DNA from: Oikopleura dioica
Taxonomy: Eukaryota; Animalia; Chordata
Assembly: GCA_907165135.1 (NCBI GenBank)
Contig: OU015568.1
Coordinates: 5,580,001-5,644,000, forward strand
Direction of reading: 5' to 3'
Length of the DNA: 64,000 nt
Within the stretch, counting starts at the first letter, position 1. The number at the start of each line of letters is the position of its first letter. The notes below the pieces were generated by a model. That model saw nothing but the letters and a program-made list of their open reading frames with translations, was not told where the DNA came from and ran no database searches. Shown one piece after another: positions 1-11,116 of this stretch. The translations under genes were made by a program, and so were the position numbers.

Positions 1-2080
1 ACACTTTTCAAGTCATGTTTGAGTGCCCATCTCAGAAGAGTAGTGACCGAGATCGGCACACACAGATTTGTGTCTTTTTGGTTAACGACATTTTTCGTCA
101 GATTTTCGAAGTTGAGGTTCATTTGTTTTGTGAGATTTTCTTTCATATTTGACATTGCAGAAGATTTCCCAAGATATGGATCGTTTTGAACGTCATATGA
201 TGATGCATGCTTTAAAGAAATAACCTTTGAAACACCTTCGATTCCCCCAGCTGGAATCTGACCCCAAGACTTGTGGAACCATCCAGCACGAAATTCCTTA
301 ATTATTAACAAGTGTTCTTTCTTATGCTTGAATACCGTTAATTCTTTTTTAATCTGATCTCTATCAGCGTCTGTCTCTATTGGTTTGAACAAAAGATACC
401 AGGCGGTATTCCAATCGCATAAAGTCCACACGTGCACTGGGAATTCGACGTCCATTATAAAATTGTTTGCACCGGTATCCACCAACTGAACAATAGTCGA
501 AAATGCAGGTGTGCCCGCATCTAAAAGAAAAGTTTGTCTTACGAGTATTTATGGCTGACACTGACTATGTCGCCGAATGTCGCCGAATGTCGCCAAAAAA
601 AAACAAAAACACCATGTTCTAGAAAACTTCGATTCCTGGTCATAAAATCGTTTTCTTATAGAAAATACTATTATGATCGTTAAAAATGTAATTTTAACAG
701 AAATTAGCATAAAATTAGCCATATGAAACCTAAACTAAACATCCCGTCAAGAAATCTTTGTGCGCTTCGCGCCTGGATAGAAGGAAACTCAAAGAGTGAG
801 TCTGTCAATTTTTGCGCCTCCGTCATTTTCTAGAACGATTTTATTTTGATACCGAGACGTTTTTTTTTTATTTTGAGGCTATTTTCAACAAAATGGCGAC
901 ATTCAGCGACATTCGGCGACATAGTCAGTGCGTCCCGTATTTATCGTTCTTACGTATATATCTGAGTTGTTCATATCTACTCCCTCTCGGTGAATAACCC
1001 ATTTCTTCATAGCTCTTTTTTCGTCTAATTCTTTGAATGACTCCGAAATCGCTCCACTTTGGAACGTCGCCAACAAGAAGAACGTTCGCCGGTTTGGCGT
1101 CTAATTGTTTGATCCCAACGCGATCTAAATATTTGAATCCTGCTTCGATTTCAGGGAGCATATTTTTCCTCTTTTCTATGCTCAAAGGTTTAGCATCAGT
1201 CAGTCGGTCTTTCAAGTTGCCATCGCATTTCTCCATGATCGTTATGCATCCCAAACAGTCAACTTTCATTTTATCATTTTGTAGGAAAATTTCAATATTG
1301 GAGTAGTGTTTCACTACATTTCTGTGAAATGGGATCGCATTTTTGCTTTTATAGGATTCAGCGATTTCGTAATCTGAATGTCAATTTGATACCAATTTGA
1401 GCTTCTTAATTTGATTGACAAAATTACCTTTAGAAAGATTGATTTTAAAATGCAGCTCCTCATCCTTCAGGGCCTTCGTAAACAGCGCTGGATCAAAACA
1501 TTGAACTCTAACGGCAACTTTAAGGTCTCCAAAACTTTCATCGAAAACTATTGCTTCTCCTCCCGCTGAAATGATTTCTTCTTTACGCAAATCAAGGTTC
1601 CAGTTTCCATTTTCAGCTTTTAAATTTGATCGTTGAATTTTGATTTTTGCCTTGGAAAATCCCCACATATTCTTTTTTGTATATTCTGCATTTTCCGAAA
1701 GAATTTTTTTTTGCAGCTCCGTAGCCGGCCAACTTCTGTAACCGGTTGTAATTTTGGTGGGAAAACCTCTGATTTTATCATAGTGATAGATTTTAAATTC
1801 TATTTTGCCTTTTCCATTCTCAAAAATCACCTCTGACCATCCAGGTATTTTTCTTAATTCATCATTTTCACCTTCGAGCTCCATTCTCTCGACGGACAAG
1901 ATCAGTCTATCCAAATCATTCCTTGTCGTTTCTCTCTTCAAATTCTTTTTAAAACCCTCAAGCCATTCCTCAATCGCTTCTTTTGTCAATTCTTTTGGAT
2001 GCGTCGATACAAGTAAATTGTTTTCATCGGTTTCTTGACATTCCTCGTCCTTCCACCAATAAGACCATATCGAGTACCAA
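1..2080 (-). CDS. Divergent protein-kinase-like protein with a C-terminal papain-like Q-x5-C motif; runs off the window edge, true start not located
   Basis: Manual join of exons ~2080-1428, 1373-954 and 520-<1 via GT-AG introns keeps the frame. Motifs: SAGGEAIV (Gly loop), VAVR (beta3, K>R), HRNVV, QLDAKPANVLL (catalytic loop), DFG, AGTP; tail NVVNQKDTNLCVPISVTTLL. Confidence 0.75.
559..930. mobile_element. MITE with ~37-bp TIRs (CACTG...CAGTG) inside a kinase intron
   Basis: cactgactatgtcgccgaatgtcgccgaatgtcgcca at 559-595 is near-perfectly inverted at 894-930; no clear TSD. Confidence 0.8.
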
Positions 2081-2692
2081 TAAGAGTATATATAGCTACT
2101 TTTTCCACGCCTCGAAATTAAAAATGTGAGTTTTTAAAATTGCTCTTCTCAAAAACGGGAGATCATAAAAACTCAAAAATTTTTCAAAAAATTGACTACT
2201 TTCAACTAACTTTTTTTTGATAAAAGCGTCGCTGAATTCCTACCCGTTTTGCGAGGTCAAGTCATTGCGCCACCGTGTCGTTAAAAAATCAGAAACCTAT
2301 TCATCGGCTCAACATCTTCAGAGAAATTCGGTCATAAATATGAATCGCAAAGCTTCATTCGTAACAGCTTCATGAGTCGACTCAAATTGAGCTCTTATGA
2401 ATTTCGCTGATTATCAACCACCATGACTTAACGACTCTAGATTCTCGCCTTTAGATGCGATTTTATGATTTCAAAGACTCATTCTTTGACAATTGTAAGC
2501 AGCAGACCGAGAGCGCCAGTCGACCATCCGATTAAAATGGTTAATTTAAAGTCGAAAAAAGATACAGCCAAGATTTATTCACAATGATACTAGTCAGATC
2601 GATAAGCAGAAATAGACACGGTCAAAAATTTTTTGAAGACACAAAAATACGCAAAACTATCGGTAATATGAATCAACACGAATTCTCCAACG

Positions 2693-4567
2693 CTAGGCGG
2701 CTCTAGAAAGCCTCCGTCCAACATTCGAAACTTGATGGAGCGCTGCTAGTGACGCCCTGCGCGCAGCGGACCAGAGTGACGCGATGCGGCCAACTCCAAC
2801 GTGAGCGGAAACGTCGACTTCCGGACGCTTTAAAACAAGCTCGTATAAGAGAGGGTCGACAATGAGTAACACTCTGTCCTTCACTAACCTTGTAATCTCC
2901 TCCAACTTTCTTTTCGTCAAGTTCTTCTTGGACCTTTCTGTTGGCTTCTGCGATCGCTGCTAGTCGTAGCTTGTAAGCTCCTGTTCCGTATAGATTGTAG
3001 TGGAAGAGGTCCTTACTCATCCAGACTTTTTCGTTGTCCCTGAATATCAAACTGTGGAGAAAACCTGAGTCAGGATCAGAATAAAACCATTCTAATCTAT
3101 TCTCATATCCTGGCGAAGCCGCTTTGCGGCTTCGTTTTTAAAAAAGCCGCTACGCGGCTTTTCATTTATGACATTTCAGACCCTGACTCAGGTTTTCTAC
3201 ACAGATTACTGCGGTCAGAAGTTTTGTAAGAAAAGCCCTTTCTCAGAAAATTAATTGTTTGCAACTTTACCTTTTTCTGTCCATAGCATGTTTCGCAACA
3301 GAAAAAAACGAATTGAGCTTCTGATGAAGTTGACCTTCGTGAACATCAATAAACGGAATTCGCTCGCCAGTCTTCATTCTGCTCATTCCCATATGATGAA
3401 AAAACGATCGATCAGTCTGATAGCAAAATTGAAATCAACAACGATTTTTCTTTCGAAAGAACTCACCTCGGTTCTTGAGCAAAGCCCGAATTTGTCCTGA
3501 TCGCATTCCATTTTGAGGAACTCTTCCAGCGACTTGAAAAAGTACCTTCCATATCCATGCCCGCGATGGGATTTCTGAAAGAGGAAAGATCATTTTCTTT
3601 CTTTTCTCGAAAAAGACCTTGATGACAAATTCGTCGATGTAGGCCATGTTTGTGGATCCAGCAACTCGGAGCATTTTGCAGTGCGCGATTGGGTCCATAT
3701 CGCATTTGTGAATTTTCGAAATGTAGTCGGAGCGAATCTTTCAAAGAGTCAAAGGAGTTGAAATTGAAAGGATTTAGACTGTGTTTATTTTAAAGCGATA
3801 AAACTTAACTGCAGACCTGTGTCTTACTGTAACGGCTTGCAGATAAGAGGTGGCAAAAGTGACCCACACGGGTAGAATTTATTGCCGTCAGGGTCTTTTG
3901 TTTCTGTAAGTTCTCAGCGCTAAGTCGTTCTAGAACGAAATTTACTGTACCAACTACCAAGTAATGACTCTTTCCAAAATAACATGCATTGGTAACTCAT
4001 CTGTACTCTCATGGAGCGAGGCGAGTCTTTGCTTATACAAGCATTTTTACTCAAACTCTATTTTGATTCGAGGCTCAGGAATCAAGGATGGGTGGAAAAT
4101 GCTTTCCTGATACTTTTTGGCCGTCGTTTTCAAAGGAAATTCGTCTTGTAGGAGCCGAAGAGTTTCATTTATTGGAGATTTTTCTTCTTCAAAGTCGTAA
4201 ATTAGCTAAAATAATCAAAAAAACATGCCGAAAAGCGGCACGAATCAAGAAAAAAAATGAATTTTCGAAAGACCAATAAGATTGCTGAATTTGACCTACC
4301 GGCCAATCAAAACTCAGATCCATAAAATCACTTTATTTTCTTGGTTTTGACCCAAAAAAATGCTAAAATTTTGGATTCTATTGGTAAAAAATATGAATTT
4401 TGGCCTAAAAATGTCTCATTTTGGTGATTTTGGGCTCTAGAAAATGGTCAAAACCGGCCATTTACCTGGAGTTTTTTGAAGTTATCTTGGCATTCGTGAA
4501 GTTTCATGATGATGAAGTCCTCATGTTTGTGAATTTTGTTGGTGCTAGAAATTCTCGATAGAGGCAT
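2693..4567 (-). CDS. GNAT-family N-acetyltransferase-like protein, about 6 exons
   Basis: ATG at 4567, exon to 4466, then 3737 onward in frame. AYIDEFVIKKSHRGHGYGRYFF matches GNAT motif A (R-G-x-G-x-G). GT-AG introns join in frame to TAG at 2693. Confidence 0.7.
3052..3204. mobile_element. Family A MITE (CCTGAGTCAGG TIR core, internal GCCGC-N3-GCGGC hairpins) in a GNAT intron
   Basis: ctgtggagaaaacctgagtcagg inverted against cctgactcaggttttctacacag; two internal hairpins. Confidence 0.75.
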
Positions 4568-4951
4568 TGTTGAATTTCAAAAAACCGAAAAATAAAGGAA
4601 CTCGAGGAGAAAATAAGATCGGCTTCTGACTGTGTCTAAAATCAGACAGCAGCGAGATTTGCATAAAATGAACGTATTTTTATTGAGTGCAAGGGGCGAA
4701 AAAACGGTGCAAGGTGGTTATTGAAGATTTTTCGCTGTCATCAGCATTGTCCCTTCTGAGTCGAAACTGAAGCTAGTACCGCGTATGTTCTGACCTCAAA
4801 CTTACCCGCAAAAAAAGCGATAAACGGCTCTTACCATTTTCCACATCATTTGAGTAACCCCGGGTCAAAGACGTTTATCCCGTAAATTACCGCGATTTTC
4901 ATGTTTAAAAACACTTTTTTGCTAGAATTCCGGTTCAAAATCGCAGATATT

Positions 4952-5221
4952 ATTCGGCAATCTGTGTAAAAACCCTGAGTTAGGGTCTGAAAGTTCTTTA
5001 AGGGTGTCAACATCGATTTCGGGCTTACTTTTTCCCCGGTTTAAAACTAATCGACTAATGAAACAAACCTTAAGTCAATCGATGTTAATAAAAAGCCGCG
5101 TAGCGGCTTTTTCAAAATCGAAGCCGCGAAGCGGCTTCGCAAAACTTTTCTTATTTCTTATTCTTCTTATTTATATTGGAGTTCTGGATTTTGCAGAACC
5201 TGACTCAGGTTCTCTACACAG
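4952..5221. mobile_element. Family A MITE
   Basis: TIR cores at ~4975 and ~5199; hairpins aaaagccgcgtagcggctttt and gaagccgcgaagcggcttc. Confidence 0.7.
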
Positions 5222-5531
5222 ATTTTTTTTCCGTAAAACTATCTCGATATTTAAAATCATACCCATTTTTGTTGAGCAAAACCATCTTTTTTCTGACTTT
5301 TTTTTCAAAAATAAATGATCGAACTTTTCTGACTTCTGACTCTCGAACAACTGAAACCTCCTTGTCTACGTATTTCTGACCAATATGCTGACCCGAGCCG
5401 GAAAGGTAATTTCTTCACTTTCACTCTTTTTTTCCAGCGGGTGATGAAACGACCAAATGCGGCGAAATCCTTCAACACGTCAAAAATTGCACGTTATCAA
5501 AACACGACGTAAGCGTTTTCTACTTCCGTTT

Positions 5532-7396
5532 TTATTCGAAGACAAAAGAGGCTTTGGAGATCTTGCCGGAGGAGAGCTTCTCGAAGCAGTCTTTGTACTC
5601 GCCGAGGCTGAATTTTCCGATTCCGAGTTTGCCAAAGTCCAAGTATCGCGCCTAAAAAAATAGCCTGTCAAAAAACCTGTGTGGAAAACCTGAGTCAGGG
5701 CCCTGAAGGAGCTTGACATTCTTTCCGTGCCCTGACTCAGGTTTTCTTTATGAAATTGTTTTGAAAAAACCTGTGTAAAAACCTGAGTCAGTGCCCTGAT
5801 AGAGCAACCAATTCTTTCGGGACCCTGACTCAGGTTTTCACACAGGTTTTTTCAAAAAACTTCATCAAGAAAACCTGAGTCAGGGCCCCAAAAGCATGGA
5901 AAGCTCTGTCAGGGCCCTGACACAGGATTTTAAATCCTTTTTTTAATAAAAATCAAAACTTCATACCCTGAGCTGGTTGGTCAACTCGATCGCTTCAGGA
6001 AAGGCCCAAGGATTGACCATCACACCCTGAATCGTAATTTCCCTTTCGTAAATATGAAACGGTCGGATTTCGCAAGTAGCCGTAGAAGGAGCAACACCGA
6101 ATTGGAGAAAGATTCCGCCATGTGCCACTCGATTGATTCCGTCCTAAAAATAGCTCAAATCTCCGGCTGGAAGGGTTTCCACCTGAATGGCTCGAGGAGC
6201 GCCGCTGCAATCAATGACGACATCGTACTCGGACTCCACTCCTTTCGGCTCAGTGGTTTTGAACCCGAGTTGGAGGCCGTCGATGAACCCTCTTCGCTCG
6301 GCTGAGGGCTCGCTTACTGTCACGTGACGGTAGCCCTAATAAAGAGGTATTTACGGTAGAACATAGTTTACAGTTCTTTTGTTGAGTTACTGGTGAAAAT
6401 CGAGAAGCCGCTTGCGGCTTCGAGCTAAATATGACGAAAAGCCGCGCTTCGCGCGGCTTAAACTCATTTTAACTCGAAGCCGCAAGCGGCTTCTCGATTT
6501 TCACCAGTAACTCAACAATAGAAGTGAGTTTTTCAGTCATTTATTCACCTTGAAATGCATCAAGCAAGTCCAAAGCGAGCCAATTATTCCCGCTCCTTGG
6601 ACCAAAATCCTCGCTCCCGTCTGAAGATGTCTTCCAGCAGTCAGCTTCCTCCACCCATGAACGACGCAAGAAAGCGGCTCGATCAAACTCATGTGGCTCA
6701 TGTCGAAATCATCCGGGACGAGATACAAGCTTTCTTCAGGCGCAACAGCGAAATCAGCAAAGCCGCCGTTTCGGAAGATTCCGAAGGCGTCGTTGAAGCT
6801 GCCTTTTTTGCAGAAATGCGGGTTTGCGTTGCGGCAGTGGTTGCAACCGTGGCAGCCCTTGTTCGGGTCGATGGCGACCTTGTCTCCAACTTTGACCGCA
6901 GTGACGCCGCTGCCGACCTCGGTGACGATTCCGCCAGCTTCGTGGCCGGGGACGAAGACGTCGCCAACGTTGGAGATGTCACCGTGGAAGATGTGGCAAT
7001 CCGTGCCGCAAACGCCGCAGTTCGAGATTTTCACAATTACATCTGAACAAAAATTAATTTTAAGCAATTCTGTATACTTAATAAAAAGTTATTCATCAAA
7101 TAATACTGTAATATCCATGTATAATTGCTAGCTCTTTATTTTGATGGCACGGCTAGAATATGTTTTTAAAGATCATCACAAACTCGACTCGAAAAAAAAA
7201 TCAAACGGATTTTCTAGTGAAACTCTTTACAGTATTCATATTTCCTCGAAGAAGAGTTCTAGAATTTTTTCCATTACTTATCCAACAAATCAATATATAA
7301 TACCAGCATCTAACCAGTTGGTTTGGAAATCACCGGTTTGGGCACCTCCTTGAGTTCTAGCGATTTCTCTGCTTTGGTAAAAACTAGCGCTTGCAT
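5532..7396 (-). CDS. Zinc-dependent medium-chain dehydrogenase/reductase (sorbitol/arabinitol/threonine dehydrogenase-like)
   Basis: MQALVFTK start at 7396; CGVCGTDCH, PGHE, structural Zn motif CHGCNHCRNANPHFC, EPLSC, GAGIIG, VIDCSG; last exon 5651-5532 ends KISKASFVFE*. Confidence 0.9.
5675..5935. mobile_element. Cluster of family A MITE units in the last dehydrogenase intron
   Basis: About six alternating CCTGAGTCAGG/CCTGACTCAGG cores. Confidence 0.75.
6374..6523. repeat. Near-perfect palindromic element with ~50-bp arms and three internal GC hairpins, intronic
   Basis: ttgttgagttactggtgaaaatcgagaagccgcttgcggcttcgag at 6379 is exactly inverted, ending at 6518; a related copy lies at ~39705-39872. 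Confidence 0.85.
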
Positions 7397-7706
7397 GACG
7401 CTTTTTCGACTCGAAATGCCAGAACAGTCCGTACTGACAGTACACAGTGACTACTTTGTTCCAGCCACGCCCGGCGCCGGGACCTTAGCTGAGCATACAA
7501 AAATGTCCATTTCATTTCGCTTTTTTGTTAATCAAACAAGACCGGGGTTCTGGAACTATTTGTGTCATATGATTGTGTATCAATTTGGTAAGAAACAGAT
7601 GGAAATCAAAAAAGAACAATGAAAACAAAATTCAAAAATAGAACTTTTTTAAAAATAGAAAACAATAAAAGCGCCCTTTCAATGCTTTATTCTTCCAAAA
7701 GAAAAC

Positions 7707-9123
7707 ATGGCTAGTTGTAAAGTCAGGATTATTGTCGGTTTTTGCATTTTGGCTTCTTTGGTTTTGCTTGGCTTTGGACTGATAAAGAAAATCTCTCCTG
7801 GAATTGAACTGAACAGAGATTTACAGCTTAATTTCAATGGTTTTACGAAGCATTTTGCGGTCACCATAAATAACAAAGGTATTCCCTTAACCCTTAGTAA
7901 GTCTTATGTTCAACAATTTGAAGAATACAACGCTGAGCTACTGGCAGAGCAAACGCTCGAAAGTGCCATCACAAACTGCAAGAAAAAGGCGGACTTCTTC
8001 CATGGAATCGGGTGTACTTCAAACCATCAAATGAATTCATTGATGCCTACTGGGTTCATCCCATTCGACCGAAAACTTCGATTGGTTTTCGTTCTTCAAA
8101 TTCAAACTCAAACAGGAGTACAATTGAAACGAATTGGGAAGAGTTCAACTTGTACGAAACGGATAAAATGTATCGACGATTGCAGAACGGTCACTATGCC
8201 TACTTATCACTCAGGCCTGGGCTCAGCGACCTGTGTGGAAAACCTGAGTCAGGGTCTGAAAGTTGTCTAATAAAAAGCCGTCTCTGACCCTGTTTCAGGT
8301 TTTCTGCAGAGTATGCATACTGGGCTCGGCAACCTGAGTAAAAACCTGAGTCAGGCTCTGAAAAATCAAAATAAAAAGCCGCGGAGCGGCTTTTTAAGAA
8401 CGAAATTTTATGAACAAAATTATTATTCATTCTTGTTTTTACCTCCTTGCGAAACCGCTTCGCGGCTTCGCATTTAAAAGCCGCTACGCGGCTTTTCATT
8501 TTGATCTTTCAGACCCTGGCTCAGAGTTGCCGAGCCCTGACTCAGTCTTCTATTTTACAACAAAAAGGATCAAACTTGCTTGATCGTCATTTACAATGAC
8601 GATTTCGAGAACGCCCGGCATTTTCTTTGCAAAAACGATCTTCACGACAAAGAAGGGAGGGTGAAGATCTTTTACGATGAAGAAGTTGATGATCTTTGCG
8701 ATCAAATGGATGTGAATGCGACTTTTCGGGAGGAGTATAAATTGTGGAATAATCTGTATCGCGGCAAAAAATGGGTCTTGGAAAATCGACTCGAAAATAA
8801 CACTGAAGGCATTACTGTAACCAACAGCAGGTGCGATTCACATCTTTTCTTTTTCCAAATTTATAAAGTCTCTTAGACGCGATATTGGTTTCAGCAATCT
8901 CCCAATCGAGAAAATTGTTAACACAACTGGATTTTCTTTTTGCAGCGGATCGGACGAAGATAAATTTGGTGGAATTTCCTGGATACCAATTTACAACCGG
9001 TTTTCAGTCACATCCTCTTCTCTCGGGTAATTTTTAAAGAATGATGATTTTTGACAAAACAATGATACGCTTTTAGGCGAACTTTCTGCATCTTCGACCC
9101 CTGAAATCACATTTTTGCTGTAA
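7707..9123 (+). CDS. Uncharacterised type II membrane / Cys-containing extracellular protein, copy A of a tandem pair
   Basis: N-terminal hydrophobic anchor (RIIVGFCILASLVLLGFGLI); downstream exons are colinear with the paralog at 9262-12001. There is an unresolved frame switch near 8010. Confidence 0.55.
8217..8539. mobile_element. Composite family A MITE flanked by an 8-bp TSD (actcaggc/actcagtc), probably spliced out as a GC-AG intron 8215-8545
   Basis: 5' end ctgggctcagcgacc, 3' end gagttgccgagccctg; TSD matches 7/8; flanking coding sequence rejoins in frame. Confidence 0.75.
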
Positions 9124-9343
9124 TAAAAATATAAATTTCATGCTTGAATAATGAATTATAATTAAAAAATACAAAAATAGAAGAAGATTGAAATCGATGT
9201 CAAAAATAGAAACCTATAAAAGCGGCGTTTAGATGGTTCTTCTCGGCACTCGAAAAGAAACATGGCTTCATTGACAGGTTGGAAAGTGAGAATTATTGTC
9301 GGTTCGTTTGTTTTTGCTTCCTTGGTTTTGCTTGGCTTTGGAC

Positions 9344-9696
9344 CAGAGTTCTGAATCACTTCACTTTAACTTTGAAGTGAAGTAACTTTGAAAAATAACT
9401 TCATTGCAATATTGAAGTGAAGTGAAGTGATTTTGTTTTTGAGAAAAATGAAGTGAAGTGAAGTGAAGTGAAGTTATTTTTCAATCTCAAAATTTTGAAG
9501 TGAAGTGAAGTAAAAATATCACTTCATGAAAAAGTGACTTCACTTCAGTAAAAGTAAAGTTAGTTTGGAAGTGAAGTGAAGTGATATTTTTCTGAAAAAT
9601 TAAAGTGAAGTGAAGTGATGTTACTTTTTTAAAGTCGATCACTTTTACTTCAAAGTTAATTTTCGTGAAGTTGAAGTGAAGTGATTCGGAACTCTG
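9344..9696. mobile_element. hAT-like MITE with (GAAGT)n arms
   Basis: TIR cagagttc(t/c)gaatcacttcac; perfect 8-bp TSD ctttggac (9336-9343, 9697-9704); empty site in copy A near 7772. Confidence 0.9.
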
Positions 9697-10058
9697 CTTT
9701 GGACTGATAAAGAAGCATTCTCCTGGAATTGAACTCGACACGGATTTGCGATTGGACTTCAACGGTTTTACGAAGCATTATCTGGTGAGCATCAATGACA
9801 AAGGTAATGACAGGTGTACAGACCTCGACTCTTGAAACTATTCGAAGACTACAAAGCTGAGCTGCTGGCAGAACAGACATTTGAAAGTTCGATTATTTCT
9901 TGCAAGAAAAAGGCGGACTTCTCCCCTGGAATCGTGCCTACTTAAAACCCCTCATGCTATAAAGGATGCCTACTGGATTCATCCGATTCGAGCAGGATCT
10001 TCAATCGGTTTTCCTTCTTCAAATTCAAACAAGAGCTCGATTGAAACGAACTGGGAAG

Positions 10059-10192
10059 CTGGGCTCGACAACCTGATGAGAAAACCTGAGTCAGGTTCTG
10101 AAAAAGCTAAAATGAAAAGACGCGTAGGCAAATCTTCATTCAATCTTTCATTCTTGCTGACTCAGGTTTTATACTCAGGGTGCCGAGCTCAC
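10059..10192. mobile_element. Family A MITE, exonic
   Basis: Perfect 8-bp TSD ctgggaag (10051-10058, 10193-10200); empty site in copy A near 8134. Confidence 0.85.
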
Positions 10193-10275
10193 CTGGGAAG
10201 AGTTCAACTTGTACGAGACGGATAAAATGTATCGGCAATTGCAGAACGGCCATTATGCCTACTTTTCACTCAGGC

Positions 10276-10905
10276 CGGGCCTCAGCAACCTTGGTGAAAA
10301 ATCCTGAGTCAGGGTCTGACAGTTGTGGTATGAAAAGCAGTCTCAGACCCTGCCTCAATTTTTCTGCGTACTATGAAAAAATTTTCAAAATGAAATTCAT
10401 ACGCACAAGAGAAGTCCCATACAAAATTTGAAAGCCGTACGACCCCTAGATTAAAAGTTGATTTTTGTAAATTCACCCTACATACAGTTTATTATGGAAT
10501 TTTTGGACATCAAATTTTTGGACATTCTTTCAATTTTAAGGGGTTTTCTTGGGACACTTTTTAAAAGTGCTTGTATCAAATTTTTGGACATTTTTGAGAA
10601 AATCATGGGACAAAAAATGTCCAAAAATTCCATAATTAACTGTATTAGGCTCAGCAACCTCAGTCGAAAACCTGAGTCAGGGTCGGAAAGATCAAAATTG
10701 AAAAGCAACGTAGCGGCTTTTTTTAAAAAGCCGCGAAGCGGTCTCGAAAAATTATTATCTACTCTTACTTTTAACTTCTTGCGAAGCCGCTTTGCGGCTT
10801 GGTTTTAAAAAGCCGCTACGCGGCTTTTCATTTTGACCTTTCAGACCCTGACTCAGGTTTTCGACTCAGGTTGCCGAGCCAAGCTGCATAGGTTGCCGCG
10901 CCCAG
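10276..10905. mobile_element. Composite family A MITE at the same position as 8217-8539, in a candidate GC-AG intron 10274-10911
   Basis: Left flank actcaggc, right end ggttgccgcgcccag followed by ggtcagtc; in-frame rejoin. Confidence 0.7.
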
Positions 10906-11116
10906 GGTCAGTCTTCTTTATTTTAATAGAATAGAGGAAACTTGCTTGATCGTCATTTACAACGATGAGTTCGAAAACGCCCGGCATTTTCTTTGCAAAA
11001 ACGATCTCTACGACGAAGAAGGGAGGGTGAAAGTCTTTTACGACGAAGAAGTCGATGATCTTTGCAAGCAAATGGATGTCAATGCGACTTTTCGGGAAGA
11101 GCATCAGTTGTGGAAT

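Noticed and set aside
3116-3165. Bacterial rho-independent terminators or REP elements
   Set aside because: The context is eukaryotic and the hairpins are internal parts of MITEs, not positioned after stop codons.
6555-7131. Long plus-strand ORFs opposite the dehydrogenase
   Set aside because: Antisense shadows of a GC-rich coding exon.
5532-7396. Possible horizontal transfer of a bacterial-looking dehydrogenase
   Set aside because: The gene has several spliceosomal introns and this MDR subfamily occurs in many invertebrates; nothing in the sequence supports recent transfer.
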